Notes under the pieces: generated by a model
What the model was told of the DNA's origin: nothing
Database searches by the model: none
The model's input: the letters and a program-made list of their open reading frames with translations, nothing else
Translations under genes and position numbers: made by a program
From: the human T2T-CHM13v2.0 reference genome, Homo sapiens
Assembly (NCBI RefSeq): GCF_009914755.1
Contig: NC_060925.1
Strand: one strand, 5' to 3'
DNA: 64,000 nucleotides
Shown: positions 27,926 through 42,158 of the stretch, in pieces
Numbering within the stretch: position 1 is the first letter of the stretch
Layout: each line of letters opens with the position of its first letter

Positions 27926-29591
27926 CAGGCATACTGTGGAGATATTGCAGGTTTGGTTCTAGACCACCACAATAAAGCAAATACTGCAACAAAGCAAGTC
28001 ACACAAGGTTTTTTGGTTTCTCAGTACATATAAAAGCTATGTTTATACTATACTGTGGTCTATTAAGTGTGTAGTAGCATTGTGTCTAAGAAAGCAATGT
28101 ATATACCTTAACTAAAAATACTTTATTGCTAAAAAATGCTAATGATCATCTGAGCCTTTAGCAAGTTGTAATCTTCTTGCTGGTGGAGGGCCCTGCCCCA
28201 GTGTGATGGCTGCTGACTGATCAGGGTGGTGGTTGCTGAAGGTTGGGGTGGCTGTGGCAATTTCTTAAAATAAGACAGCAGTGAAATTTGCCATATTGAT
28301 TCACTCTTCCTTTCATGAAAGATTTCTCTGTAGCATGAGATGCTATTTGATAGCATTTTACTTAGAGTTTTCAAAATAGGAGTTAATCCTCTCAAACCCT
28401 GGGGCTACTTTATCAACTAAGTATGTGTAACATTCTAATTTTTTTGTTGTCATTTCAATAATATTCACAGCATCTTCAAAAGGAGTAAATTCCATCTGAA
28501 GAACCCAGTTTCTTTGCTCATTCATGAGCAAAAGGTGTGAGCATGATAAAGTTGAATGAGAAGCAACTCATCATTCAAGTTTTATCATGAGAATTTAGCA
28601 ATTAGGCTCTACTTTTAATTTTAGTTCTCTTGCCATTTCCACCACATCTGCAGTTACTTCCATCACTGACATCTTAAACCCCTCAATAGCATTCATGAGC
28701 GTTGGAATCAACATCTTTCAAACTCCTGTGAATGTTAATATGTTGACTTCCTCCCATAAATCTTAAACCTTATGAACCAACCTCTGCTAACTTCATACTT
28801 TTATTCTGCAGCTTCCTCACCTCTCTTAACCTTCATAGAATTGAAGAGAATTAGGGCCTTGCTTTGGATGAGGCTTTGGCTTAAGGGAATGCTGTGGCTG
28901 GTTTCATCTTCTATCCAGATCACTAAAACTTTCTCCATATCAGCAATAAAGCTATTTTGTTTTTGTATCATTCATATGTTCACTGGGGTAGCACTATTAA
29001 TTTCCTTCAAGAACTTTTCTTTTGCATTCACAGTTGGCTGTTTGGAGCAAGAGGCCTAGCTTTTGGCCTATCTTGGCTTTCGATACACCTTCTTCACTAA
29101 GCTTAATCATTTCTACCTTTTGATTTAAAGTGAACCATGTGTGACTTTTGCTTTTACTTGAACACTGAGAGGCCATGATAGGGTTATTAATTGGCCTGAT
29201 TTCAATATTGTTGTGTCTCAGGGAATAGGGAGGTCCAAGGAGAGGGAGAGAGATGGGGGAATGGCTAGTTGGTGAAGCAGTCAGAACACATATGACATTT
29301 ATCAATTAAGTTTGCTATCTTATTTGGGTACAGTTTGTGGAGACCCAAAACAATTACAGTAGTAATATCAAAGATCACTGACCATCATAACAGATACAAT
29401 AATAATGAAAATTTAAAATATTGTGAGAGTTACCAAAATGTGAAACAGAGACATGAAGTGAGCACATGCTGTTGGAGAAATGGAACTGATAGACTTGCCT
29501 AATGCAGGGTTGCCACGGTTCTTCAATTTGTAAAAAAATGCACTATCTGTGAGCATGATAAAGTGAAGTGCAATAAAATGAGATATGCCTA
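27926..29591 (-). mobile_element. Tigger1 (pogo/Tc1-mariner) DNA transposon, internally deleted
   Basis: Terminal inverted repeats (TIRs) CAGGCATAC... / ...GATATGCCTA. Minus-strand frame fragments MASQCSSKSKSHTWFTLNQKVEMIKLSEEG resemble Tigger1/TIGD1 transposase. Many stops. Confidence 0.9.
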
Positions 29592-29770
29592 TACTCTTCA
29601 TTTTGGTTCTTTTGAGTTAGTTTTTGTTGACTTGTCTTGGACTGGTCAGTAAGGGGATTATAGGTATAGTTCATTTTGGATTCGTGGGTATTTTGTTTAC
29701 ATTTACAATACAACACCACACTGGGAAGTTAAGAAATGAGTCTAGAACTTTTATTTCAAATCACTGCTGC

Positions 29771-30530
29771 TTTCTTTCTTTCTTTTTTTTATTATTATTA
29801 TACTTTAAGTTTTAGGGTACATGTGCACAATGTGCAGGTTAGTTATATATGTATACATGTGCCATGCTGGTGTGCTGCACCCATTAACTCGTCATCTAGC
29901 ATTAGGTATATCTCCTGATGCTATCCCTCCTACCTCCCCCCACCCCACAACAGTCCCCAGAGTGTGATGTTCCCCTTCCTGTGTCCATGTATTCTCATTG
30001 TTCAATTTCCACCTATGAGTGAGAATATGCGGTGTTTGGTTTTTTGTTCTTGCGATAGTTTACTGAGAATGATGATTTCCAATTTCATCCATGTCCCTAC
30101 AAAGGACATGAACTCATCATTTTTTATGGCTGCATAGTATTCCATGGTTGTATATGTGCCACATTTTCTTAATCCAGTCTATCATTGTTGGACATTTGGG
30201 TTGGTTCCAAGTCTTTGCTATTGTGAATAGAGCCGCAATAAACGTACGTGTGCATGTGTCTTTATAGCAGCATGATTTATAGTCCTTTGGGTATATACCC
30301 AGTAATGGGATGGCTGGGTCAAATGGTATTTCTAGTTCTAGATCCCTGAGAAATCACCACACTGACTTCCACAATGGTTGAACTAGTTTACAGTCCCACC
30401 AACAGTGTAAAAGTGTTCCTGTTTCTCTACATCCTCTCCAGCACCTGTTGTTTCCTGACTTTTTAATGATCGCCATTCTAACTGGTGTGAGATGGTATCT
30501 CATTGTAGTTTTGATTTGCATTTCTCTGAT
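29771..30530 (-). mobile_element. L1PA 3'-end fragment
   Basis: T-rich tail then the classic L1PA 3' UTR (tatactttaagttttagggtacatgtgcac) and the ORF2 C-terminus ([19 protein letters not shown]). Confidence 0.92.
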
Positions 30531-31479
30531 GCATCTCTGTGTTCTTCTCATGAAGCCTGTGTAAAGGGACAGCTAAATTTGGTGCCACCTGTAATATAAA
30601 TTTCAAAATATTACCAACCTGCCTAATAGGGATGAAATATACAAATTCAGCATTCTTTATTTATCTAAGGCAAGTGGCTATTGGCAGATTTTATGTAATG
30701 TAATGACATAGTTATGATAGTGTCATTTGGGTGGCAGCAAAAAAATTAAATGACTAATTCAAAGGTCTTTTGGGGATGGATTTTGGAAATGTGTTGGTAT
30801 TTAGTAAATTTGTGGTCTAGACTAAATTGAACTTAAAGCATTAATGAACAAACTATTTCATAATGAATACTTGTTTCTGCTTTTGTATTACCTGTAGGAC
30901 ATTCTTCTAATCATAAGTATATGATACAGTCCCTGACAGAGAGACTTACATTGTAGTTGATTAAGTAGAATCAATACTTAAAATAATTTGCAATATTTAG
31001 TAGTATATGTAGTAGACTAAACGAATGACTCAGACGGTAAGTTTTGAAAACTTTGAGAGAAAGGTGTTCCCTAGGATGATTGGAAAGGCTTCATGGAGAA
31101 GGTGGGATTTGCACTGGACTTTGAGCAAGGTAGAGTGTAGCAGAAAGAAAAGGAGGACACTCTAGACAAGGAAACCGATGTGAGTGGAGGCTTAGATAAA
31201 GAATACATTTAGAATATTTGGGAATAAGGAATGGACATGTTTGTTGGAATGCAGATTTCCTATGGGACCTCTCAGGAGATAAGGTCAGCCTGGAAGCTAG
31301 GGGAATGTTGTGTAAGGCTTTGATTGCTGGGCCAAGGAATTATTCTAAAGGCAGTAAGAAACCATTAAACATTTTTGAATAGTGGGAGGATATGTGAGAA
31401 CTGAGACTTTATGAAGACTAATATCTTTCTTGGAATACAGGATGATTGGGAAGGGGAGAGAGATTTTAAAAAGTACAGG

Positions 31480-32290
31480 CATTTCTCAAAAGAAGACATT
31501 TATGCAGCCAACAGACACATGAAAAAATGCTCATCATCACTGGCCATCAGAGAAATGCAAATCAAAACCACAATCAGATACCATTTCACACTAGTTAGAA
31601 TGGCGATCATTAAAAAGTCAGGAAACAACAGGTGCTGGAGAGGATGTGGAGAAATAGGAACACTTTTACACTGTTGGTAGGACTGTAAACTAGTTCAACC
31701 ATTGTGGAAGACAGTGTGGCGATTCCTCAAGGATCTAGAACTAGAAATACCATTTGACCCAGCCATCCCATTACTGGGTGTATACCCAAAGAATTATAAA
31801 TCATGCTGCTATAAAGACACATTCACACGTATGTTTATTGCGGCACTATTCACAATAGCAAAGACTTGGAACCAACCCAAATGCCCATCAATGATAGACT
31901 GGATTAAGAAAATGTGGCACGTATACACCATGGAATACTATGCAGCCATAAAAAATGATGAGTTCATGTCCTTTGTAGGGACATGGATAAAGCTGGAAAC
32001 CATCATTCTGAGCAAACTATCACAAGGACAAAAAATCAAACACCGCATGTTCTCACTCATAGGTGGGAACTGAACAATGAGAACACTTGGACATGGGAAG
32101 GGGAACATCACACACCAGGGCCTGCCTGTCATGGGGTGGGGGGATGGGGGAGGGATAGCATTGGGAGATATACCTAATGTAAATGCTGAGTTAATAGGTG
32201 CAACACACCAACATGGCACATGTATACATATGTAACAAATGTGCACGTTGTGCACATGTACCCTAGAACTTAAAGTATATATATATATAT
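31480..32290 (+). mobile_element. L1PA 3'-end fragment with TSD AAAGTACAGG
   Basis: ORF2 C-terminal peptides and 3' UTR. Tail converted to (TA)n. TSD at 31470-31479 and 32291-32300. Confidence 0.93.
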
Positions 32291-33016
32291 AAAGTACAGG
32301 TGTGAGATGAAAAGGATCTGGACTTCTGTTGGCAAAATAGGAAGAGAAAGGGAAAGGATGAATTATAGTAGTAGCTTGTTTGATATATCAGAATTAAATA
32401 TTTATTTGTTGGCCTACTGTGATTGAGAGATTTAATGCCTGAGTGACTGGGAGAAGCAAAGTGTTTTTTTGTCTGGAGGGATGATGTGAAGGAAAGATGG
32501 GTTGAGTTTTAGATATTTTGAGTTCCAGGTGACGGAAGGGCCTGTAGATGGTGGACCCAGCAGGTAGCCGAGATGGAGAAGACTGACACTGGCTCTCAAG
32601 TGGAAGAGACATCACTTTTCCATAGGGTCGTCAGTTAAATTCATGATGTTGGCTAAGAGAGAAGATCTACAGATTGATGACTGTATCCTGGAGATGTTAG
32701 GGGATGAAGAGAGGGGGAGGAGCCAGTGTGTCTTATAATACAGAAAGTTCATGGAGAACGAAAACTGAAAAAATACCACTGGATTTAAGATACTTGAGAA
32801 TTGTGAGCTATGTTTGAGAGGAATAGTTGGAATCCAAAGTACACAAGTAAGATTATGACTAAAATATATGATAAAGAAATAAAAGCAAGTAGTACAGGCC
32901 ATGTACTTGTTATATTCCTGTTGGTTCTTTCTTTGCCTGTTCTTTAGTGTGTTTACTTAAATGGTCTGGCAGGCAGATAAAAGGAGGTGGAACTTAAAAC
33001 TGTCCAATTAGTTCTG

Positions 33017-33319
33017 TTTTTTTTTTTTTTGCGATGGAGTTTCACTCTTGTTGCCCAGGCTGGAGTGCAGTGGTGCGATCTCTGGCTCACCGCAACCTCC
33101 ACCTCCACCTCCCGGGTTCAAGTGATTCTCCTGCCTCAGCCTCTCGAGTAGCTGGGATTATAGGCAAGCACCACACTGCCTGGCTAATTTTGTATTTTTA
33201 GTAGAGATGGGGTTTCTCCATGTTGGTCAGGCTGGTCTCGAACACCTGACCTCAGGCAGTCTGCCTGCCCCAGCCTCCCAAAGTGCTGGGATTACAGGCA
33301 TAAGCCACCGCGCCCGGCC
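33017..33319 (-). mobile_element. Alu, 200 bp upstream of exon 3
   Basis: Dimeric Alu. TSD-like TAGTTC. Confidence 0.93.
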
Positions 33320-33493
33320 ACTAGTTCCCTATTAAGAGACTAGTTAGAGTAACTAGAGGGCATTAGGACGAAACCATTAGTTATTTGGATTATACCATGG
33401 ATCAGATTAGTTATAAGATAATTGAAATTTGATTGTAAATTTAATGAAATTAAAGATGAACATTGATGTTACTGAAAATTATACTTTGACTAA

Positions 33494-33634
<141 letters not shown>

Positions 33635-34663
33635 TAAAACATTTGAACCATAGGATCTGCTCAGTGGGGTTGGTGTGCACAAAACATTTAGTCAGGTGAT
33701 CTTGATCTCTGGAAATTTATGTGAGTAGTTCACCTAGAGTTTGAAAGTGATCCTCCTGATTATACCACAAAGGACATGTTAACCTCTTTCAGTTTTCAGA
33801 ATGAATTGCAATATGAGCTGAATGAAGTCACTGGAATAGTGATCTAAGAAAGAAAGCACAAATCCTTTTAGGCTGTTGTTAATGAGTCTCTATCAAATTC
33901 CCTCCTAGGATAATTTTTCTGAAACCTTCAGATATGCCTGTAGACCCTGTTTCCAAGTGATGAACAGGGCTTATCATGGCTGGAGCTGTGTGCATAACAT
34001 TTTCTGTTTGGTCAAGATTGAAATTTTTTGCATGTTTCTTAAATGTTCTGTGTAGTTAACAGCCAGGTGAGATTGATGAACCAGCAGCAACAGAGAATGG
34101 AATTTACCTGAGATGATAGAATTCTGGTCATACATTTAGTATTCATCTATAGTTTTGATTTCACATGGGTATCTGGTTTCCTTTTCTGTACTTTTATGTG
34201 GATTTTGGCATGTGGCTTTTTTTTTCTTCTTCAAGCATATGAGGAAACTCATCTATATACCTAGTTTTAGTAAACTTATTTTATCACACAGAAAGCAATA
34301 TTTATCTCCTTGTCTTCCAATTTCTAAATGAAGATCTTTACTATTTCAGTTTGAAAGACAAAATGCTATACAGAGGACTCTTAAGGATAAATACTAAATT
34401 ATATTGCTCAGGTATTTTGCTCTTTCTGCTGGGTAAAATGTTACTGGTGTTACATAGTACAATGCCTTGGACATATTAACTGTTCTGTGATTATTTTTTG
34501 ATTTGATTGGTTTTTAATGAACTTAGGTATAAAAAGCAGTCTGATAGAGAATTTCCTGTAGAATATGTTGTATCCTTATGAATTTACAAATTTTTGCCAT
34601 TGATTTCAAAGTGAGAGGTGGACATGGAATTATACCAAAAAGAATCAATAATCATATAACATA

Positions 34664-34743
34664 TTAGGTTGGTGCAAAAGCAATTGTGGTTTTTATAATT
34701 ACTTTTAATGTTAAAAACCACAATTACTTTTGAACCAACATAA
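34664..34743. mobile_element. MADE1 (Hsmar1-derived MITE), full 80-bp palindrome
   Basis: TTAGGTTGGTGCAAAAG...CTTTTGAACCAACATAA inverted repeat flanked by TA. Confidence 0.9.
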
Positions 34744-35624
34744 TAAAATCTGTTTTACTCAACTTTTGTAGGAATTAACTTACAAAGTTGTCTGACTTGA
34801 AAAGATACATGTAAATTCCTTTAATTAAGCCAGATCTGTTTTTAAGAAAAGAAGCCAGTATTTTAGAAAGTAAAATAGAGGTTTTTGCAATCACCTAGGA
34901 AGTAAATAATATCCTTTTTATAGAAAATGAACTTTTAATGGCTGAGTAAACAAGAAAAGGATAATTAATAAATAATGGAAGTCTATTTTTTTCTTTTGAA
35001 GACCAAGGAATTTCTTTGCTGTCTTGATTAGTCATTAGTATGTAGTTGGTATGAATTGGGTATTATAATTAATCTGGGAACCGAGTACTATCTAGGGTAG
35101 CCAAAGAGAAAGGAGTCATTATCAGGAAAGTAAAATCACTGGTCTGACTCAGTGTTCTACTTATAGCAGTTGCAGAAGAGTAGATGGGTTGAGTTGAGAG
35201 TATTTTTTCTACCATTTTCTACACTGAACAGTATGGTAAGTATATGTATGTAAACTTGTTTCTATTTGCTTTCATTTATAATGCTGTGTTTCGACATTAT
35301 TAATAAAGTTTAAACACTCTCCTTGGTTCATTTTAGTGGTAAGGTAATCTGTTGGTTGTCTGGAATGACATATGTAGCTTTAGGACAATTAATGGGCACT
35401 GCATTACTTGCTGAATGATTGAATTTTAAAAACCCAAATGTTGATAAGTCATGAGTTGTCTCAATGAAGCATACTACATAGAATCTCTAATTAGGAGAAA
35501 AAGATTTACTGTACCAGTCCAAAGTTGGAATTGCTTCAGTTTTGTGGAATCTTAGTTTCTTCATCTGTAAAATAGGAATTATAGAACTGTCACAGGGTGG
35601 TGGTTAGTATTATATTAGAAAACA

Positions 35625-36022
35625 TGTCTTAGTCTGTTTTGCATTGCTATAAAGGAATACCAGAGGCTAGGTAATTTATAAAGAAAAGAGTTTTATATAG
35701 CTCATGGTTCCACAGGCTGTACATGAATCGTGGCACCAACATCTGCTTCTGGTGAGTCCCTCAGGAAGCTTTCACTCAAGGCAGAAGGTCAAGGGGAACA
35801 GTCATGTCATATGGCAAGAGAGGGAGCAAGGGAGAGGGGAGGGAGGTGCCACACTCTTTTTAACAACAAAATCTTGGGGGAACTAAGAGTGAAAACCCAC
35901 TCAATCCCCTCAGAATGGCACCGAGCCGTTCATGAGGGATCTGCCCCCATGACCCAAGGCCCCACCTCTTAACACTGGGGATCACGTGAGATTTGGAGAG
36001 GACAAATATCCAAACTATATCA
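35625..36022 (-). mobile_element. MaLR solo LTR (MST family)
   Basis: TG...CA termini. Characteristic 'ttgctataaaggaatac...gtaatttataaagaaaagag' and 'ggacaaatatccaaactatatca' ends. Confidence 0.85.
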
Positions 36023-38191
36023 ATATGTAAAAGCTTTGTACATTTTAAAGTCCTATACATAATAAAGTTACCAATGTAACATTTGTGAATTCTGATAGGG
36101 AATATAATAAAGACAGTTCTTCTACAAAATCGATGAACACCTGTTTCTCAGCCTTAAAGCTATTGTTTATATATGGGAAAGCTGTCCAATATAATTTTAG
36201 GAATCTAAATGACCATTTAGTCAAGACTCAGAAAGGGAAGCCTGGGAAAGGTGTGTGACTTGCCCAGTGCAGCAGGCAAAGTCAGGGCTAGATTTCATGG
36301 CTCTTGACCACATTTTTCCTGTTCTTCTTTCCACCTTCAGTAGGAACCATAGCCTCTGGTTTACAGTCATCCTTTGTTCACTCTTAGCATTGCCCCAGCT
36401 ACCTGACCTTGTTGTCCCACGCTGACTTTGAGGCTCCTCTGCCTCTTTCATTCCAGTAAGTGTTAGGGCCATTCTGTCTGCTTCACTTCCACGAACCCAG
36501 ACTCCAGATTCTCCCACTTGGAAAATGCCTTTGTTACTCACTTTGCACATTCTGTCCCTCTCACACTACTGGGATTGCTAGACCTTCAGTCTCCCTGTTC
36601 TCTCAGTCCACTGGCACCCTGCTGATGTCTCTTGCCTGCAGCCCATGGTCACTTACTTCAGTAAGGTCTTGGGTACTTTGCTTTCTTGTCTTTCTGCCTT
36701 GCCAGCTCTCACCCTTGTTGTTTTCCCAGTGGATGATTTCATGCACTAATTTACTGGGAAGCAGCAGTACCCTTGCCACTCCCAGCCTTGCACTTTACTC
36801 TACCATACCAGCTGTTCCATGCATTTGCTCATGAAGACCAGTCTGACTGGGATGCCCTTACCCTCTGGCTTGATAGCTCTTCATTCTTTAATACCTTGTC
36901 CAGCCACCACCCTTTAGGAAGCATCTTCTTGTCCTTTTGGACTGGATTGAGGGTGCCTCCCTTGTTTTCCCATCATTCTCTGTGCAGATCTGTATCGTTG
37001 ATGAATTGTAATTACCTGTTTGCACCTGTCATTCTCACTAGACTATGAGCTTCTAGAGGGTGGAAGGTGGAGGATGTCATGTATCTTTGTGTTCTCAGTG
37101 CCTAGTGCAGGGACAACAGACACACAGAGACTTCTTTTGACTTTGTCATGATCCCCTTCATTTGCAGATCCCCCTTTCTCCTTTTGCTTCCAGAGGTTTC
37201 AGAAGAAGAGCCTGCCTCCATCCTTCCTGTGTGCTGATTTCTTAACCCTTTGTTATCTAACTTTTGCCTTCCCTACTCTACCGAAACTGCTCTAATAACG
37301 TCTTAAATGCTGAATCTGATGGCACTTGCTGGATCCTCAAACTCCTTTACTTCTCTGAGTAATTTCGCACTGTGTTAACCAGTAACTTCGTCTTAGGATT
37401 CTTCTCTTGTGTGATTTCCCAGTTCTTTTAGGCACATTTCATTTTTTAGTTTGGAAATTTTTATTCCTTCCAAGAAAGCTTGTGTGATTTTTCTTCCTCA
37501 TTCTGTGCTTTATATAGATAGGTAATATTTTGCTGTACATTTTATTCCAATCCCAAATTTCTCATTTTTGAAATGAGAAGATGTTTTTTTCCAGTTGATG
37601 ATTTGAGTTGGTGATTTATCGCTATTTTTGTGTTTCTGTGTCTATATGCATTCTATTCCCAATGTCCTTATTTTAATTATGTCAATCAGAATGGAAAATT
37701 ATCCCATCAAACATATGCTTAGATTAAAAATCCAAACATAAAATGCATCATCACCAATAAAAAACCTGCTGCTTATTTAAACTGTACTTTAAAAAATTGT
37801 CAGTACTAGGAATTAGGCAGTAATAGGTTGCTGTTTGGTCTTTCCCCTAGGATAGGGGAAGCAATCAAAAGAGGGAAGATGCATTGAAGTGAGAACAATT
37901 TGTTAAACTGTGTATGTTATTTAATGTTAAATGTCATCAATGATTGATAGCCTTGAGCTGGAATTATTATTCTGGTAATTCAAGGGATCCATAAACCCTT
38001 GAAATTATACAATTTTGTATGTATTTACATTTTTCTTCTGGGAGGATTCATGGCTTTTTTTCAGGTTCTCAGAGGGATCCTTGACACAGACATGCTAAGA
38101 ACACTGGGCTAAAGTCTTCTGAAAAAGAAGACTTTACTAACAAAAGACAAAGTTGTGGTATTTTGAAAAAACTGAATACCTTCCTCTATTC

Positions 38192-38517
38192 TTTTTTTTT
38201 TTTTTTTTTTTTTGAGAGGGGGTCTCACTGCGTCACCTGGGCTGGAGTGCCATGGTGCAGTCATAGCTCACTGCAGCCTCAAACTCCTGGGCTTTGATGA
38301 TTCTCCCACTTCAGTCAACTGACTAACTGGAAATATAGGTGCACACTTCTGCACCCCACCCAGCTAACTATTTTTTTTTTTTTTTTTTTTTAGTTTTTGT
38401 AGAGGCAGGGACACACTATGTTGATCAGGCTGGTCTTGAACTTCTGGGCTTAAGCTAGCTTCCCGCCTGAGCCTCCCAAAGTGGTGGGATTACAGGCATG
38501 AGCCACTGTGCTTGGCC
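38192..38517 (-). mobile_element. Alu (J-like)
   Basis: Diverged dimeric Alu. Confidence 0.9.
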
Positions 38518-41241
38518 GTCAATACAGTTTTAATTATTGATTTCATTTTCCTCTGAGAAAAATAAAACCTGAGCTTGGAGAAAAAAAAAGTCTCTGAAAA
38601 AAGGGGACATTTTCTAGGGCAGTGGTTTTTCTTTTTTTTAATACCTGCTGTTATGAATCAACAGGATAATTACAGTAATCTTGAGGACTATTTTAAAAAA
38701 GGATTAAAGGAGTATTCACAGAAATGTAATTTTAAATTTACAAAACATCCCATATAGCCCTTTCAGGGTAAAAGGGGAAGTGGGTGGGTATCATGAAACC
38801 AACCATTATATTGAAGCATTGGAAGTACCTGGCAGATGGTGGGGCTTAGGGAATGTCCTTGTTGCTGAATGAATCAGTGCCATAATCCTATCCTGTAAAC
38901 CAGGCACCTGCCACCCTATCGGGGGTTATATACACCAGAACTCTTTTGATGTAATGACTAGACCACCCTATTATAACTACAAAAACATGTTGAGATTTCT
39001 TCATGTGGTTCTTTTCTGTTTCTGGCTCATAGGTTTGTGGGGAAGAAAAGCAAGCTACATTCTGGAGATAGTTCATGTAGTTTAAAGAGGTTCTAGGGGC
39101 TCCAAAGCAATGTCAACTCCCATAGGAGCGAGCATATACCGAGTTTGCAAGGCAAGAACCCCTTATGCCTGTTAGGAATCCTCAGGCAGGAAGAACCCCG
39201 TTTATAGAGAATCCCACGTGCCTTCAATTATTGATTATTAACACGATGAAATCATCTTCATGAGCAACTTTTCTCTGACATTTTGACTTCTGCTTTAATC
39301 AAATGTGCCATTTCATTAATGAAATGTATTGGGTTTGAAACAAAGTGGGCCACACAGAGACACCTTTTTCTTTTTAAAGAAATGATTCGATCTATTTCAT
39401 CTTGGCACTAAATAAAAAACATAAACCATATTTTGTTTTGTACAGCCAAAGAACATTTTCCAGAGTATTCCTTTCCTGAGAAAGTTGGAGGTAAAACTTG
39501 TAAAGGTCATGGCTGCTCACAGGAAGACCTGCTCATTTTATCGCTTTTGCAGTGAGATGACCACTGATTGCTATGGAGATGCTGATTGCTGCGGCCATTA
39601 CTGGGCTAGCCTAGCCACCTGTAAGAGAATGATGCCTTGGTCATTGCGGTCCCTGTGCTGTGATCTCCTTAATATGACCATGATCATTGACAGAACTTGC
39701 ATGTTTAGGAGGTGCATGGGCTCTATTTTTATTAAAGAGCATATTATCCAGGCTGCATTAATGTCTTCCTTAGCTCAGTCAGACTGATTCATACAGCTTA
39801 ATTAAATACAGCATTCTAACCAAATAACTTGAAGATTTTACTTTTCTGTGTTTCTTTAAATTGACCTTTAACTCTTTTTTTTTTTTGGCTTTGGCTTTGA
39901 GCCTAATTGCATCACCTTTTGTTATTGAATGGTTAAGTAGTTTGTGCTCTCCTGACTGAAGCTGAACAAGTGCATGATTTGTGTTTGTTGCCATAATCCA
40001 AGTGTAGCCTGAGCTATTTGTTATTTGTGCAGCTTGTCATTATTTTTTTCTCTCTCCAAGTTGCTGTGGCTTGTGTTTTACAAGGAGTGATCCCACTAGA
40101 ATATAACCTTTCACATAGCTTTTCTTTCCAAGATAGAAAATGTCTGGGGTCAATACCCTTATCTTAATTTGTATTGTTCTATCATAGCAGTCATTGTACT
40201 TTGGTTTATAAGTACCATTAAGTATTTATGATATACACTTATGATTTACATAACAGGGGCAAAACTTTGACTCTCAGGTAAGCAATACAGAAATTTCTAT
40301 AGGTTTGATTATGTTAATTGATAGTCAATACTAAATTCCACCTTTTATCTACTATATTTTTTCCTTGTTAAATGAAACACTTACTGTACCTGTAATTAGT
40401 ATCATTTTATTGGTCCTTGTGTGCTGTAAATGCATCCTATACAGTTATTCTCCTCTGTTTTTAATAAGCCTTGGCCAATATTTTGCATTAAATATTCATT
40501 AGCCTTTGAGGTTAGAGAGTGGGTTTCTTCTCCCCTTGTCACTGCATTGCTCAGCAAAGTGTTTGACACACAACAGCTACTCAATTCATGCTGATGGAAC
40601 CCATAGAACCTTCTTCAGCCGCAGTATCCTGGCACCCAGATTTAGCAAATTGGTCACCTGTGGCCTGCATTCTGTCCACAGACATGTTTTCTTGAGCTTA
40701 AACACTGTTTAAAAAATTTTAATTCATAGTCAACATCTGCAGTTTATGAAAGCTTCAATTTTGTCTTCTTTTAAATATTGCAGTATCTGACCATTCTGCA
40801 CCCAGATTCCCTCACAAGAGCAGTAGGTTGGAGCTTACTGCACTTTGGATAGGGAATGCTTTTCTTATTTACCAGCTGCCCCACTTCAGATTCTTGGCAC
40901 CTGAGAACATCTGAATTTGGAACTTCTGGAATAATGACATTTAAGGCAGCTTAATTACGGAATCATTAAAGGGACTTGTTCCTAAGGTGTTATCACCTGG
41001 AATGCATGAATTTACAAATTGTAATAAGGTTTGCTGAGGAATCTGGGGAAATGTGTTTTTTGTAAAATGCTTTTAAAAGGCTTATTGCATGATTTAGAAT
41101 TCCTTTTTAAGAGAATGTAGAGTTCTTTCGAGACTACTTGACCAGATGGACAGTGTTTTAGCTTCATATAAAAGATTCCCAGGGGTGGGACCAGTTACAT
41201 GTTTATGTAGTGCTTCTCCAAAATTTAGCCATATCTTAGAG

Positions 41242-41395
41242 TAGTGGATTTCAATGTGTGGTGTCTGGACCAACAGTGTCAGCATTACTGGAAAACCTGT
41301 TAGAAATGTAAATTCTCAGGCCCTACTGAATCAGAAATTCTGGAGGTGAGACCCAGCAATCTGTGTTTTAATAAGCCCTGCAGGTGATTCTGAAC
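41242..41395. mobile_element. MER5A-like hAT fragment
   Basis: 'gttagaaatgtaaattctcaggccc..tactgaatcagaaa..ggtgagacccagcaatctgtgttttaa' motif. Ends approximate. Confidence 0.7.
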
Positions 41396-41884
41396 CAATC
41401 TGTTAAGAGAATGAAATATAATACAATAATAATATAATGTGGTTTAGAGTTAGATTTAGTTATTTCTGAAAAGTCTTAGTACTATTGACCAATTCAACCT
41501 GAGAATTATTCAAATTCTGAAGCATGAAACTTGTTATGGCCTCATAATTAAGATTTACACAAATTATCAGGCTCTGTGAGAAAGTTTTGGACTGATCCTG
41601 CTTACTACTCTTACTGTGTAAATGTTCGTCAAAGGCCCTCTCTGACTCTGGGCTTATGTTCTCCTTGTAAAACACAGTGTGCTCATTATATTTTAGCCTT
41701 GCCCAGGACCCCTAGTCTGGGAGACGTTATGTGTCTGATTAAACTGGACCCCTCTGGTGCCATTCCTATTGCTTTGGATAATGGTGGAATGTCACAAGTG
41801 AGCAATAAATGCGAGCTGTTGTTGCGGTTATTATAGAGGGCTGGCTATGTCCACTTCAGTTTAGAAAGTTCAGAAGGGTATTTG

Positions 41885-42158
<274 letters not shown>

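Noticed and set aside
28129-29305. Transposase-like ORFs
   Set aside because: Broken, internally deleted Tigger1. No intact domesticated gene.
29771-32290. Twin-priming inversion as the origin of the inverted L1 pair
   Set aside because: Both copies have their own 3' tail and the second has its own TSD, so they are independent insertions.
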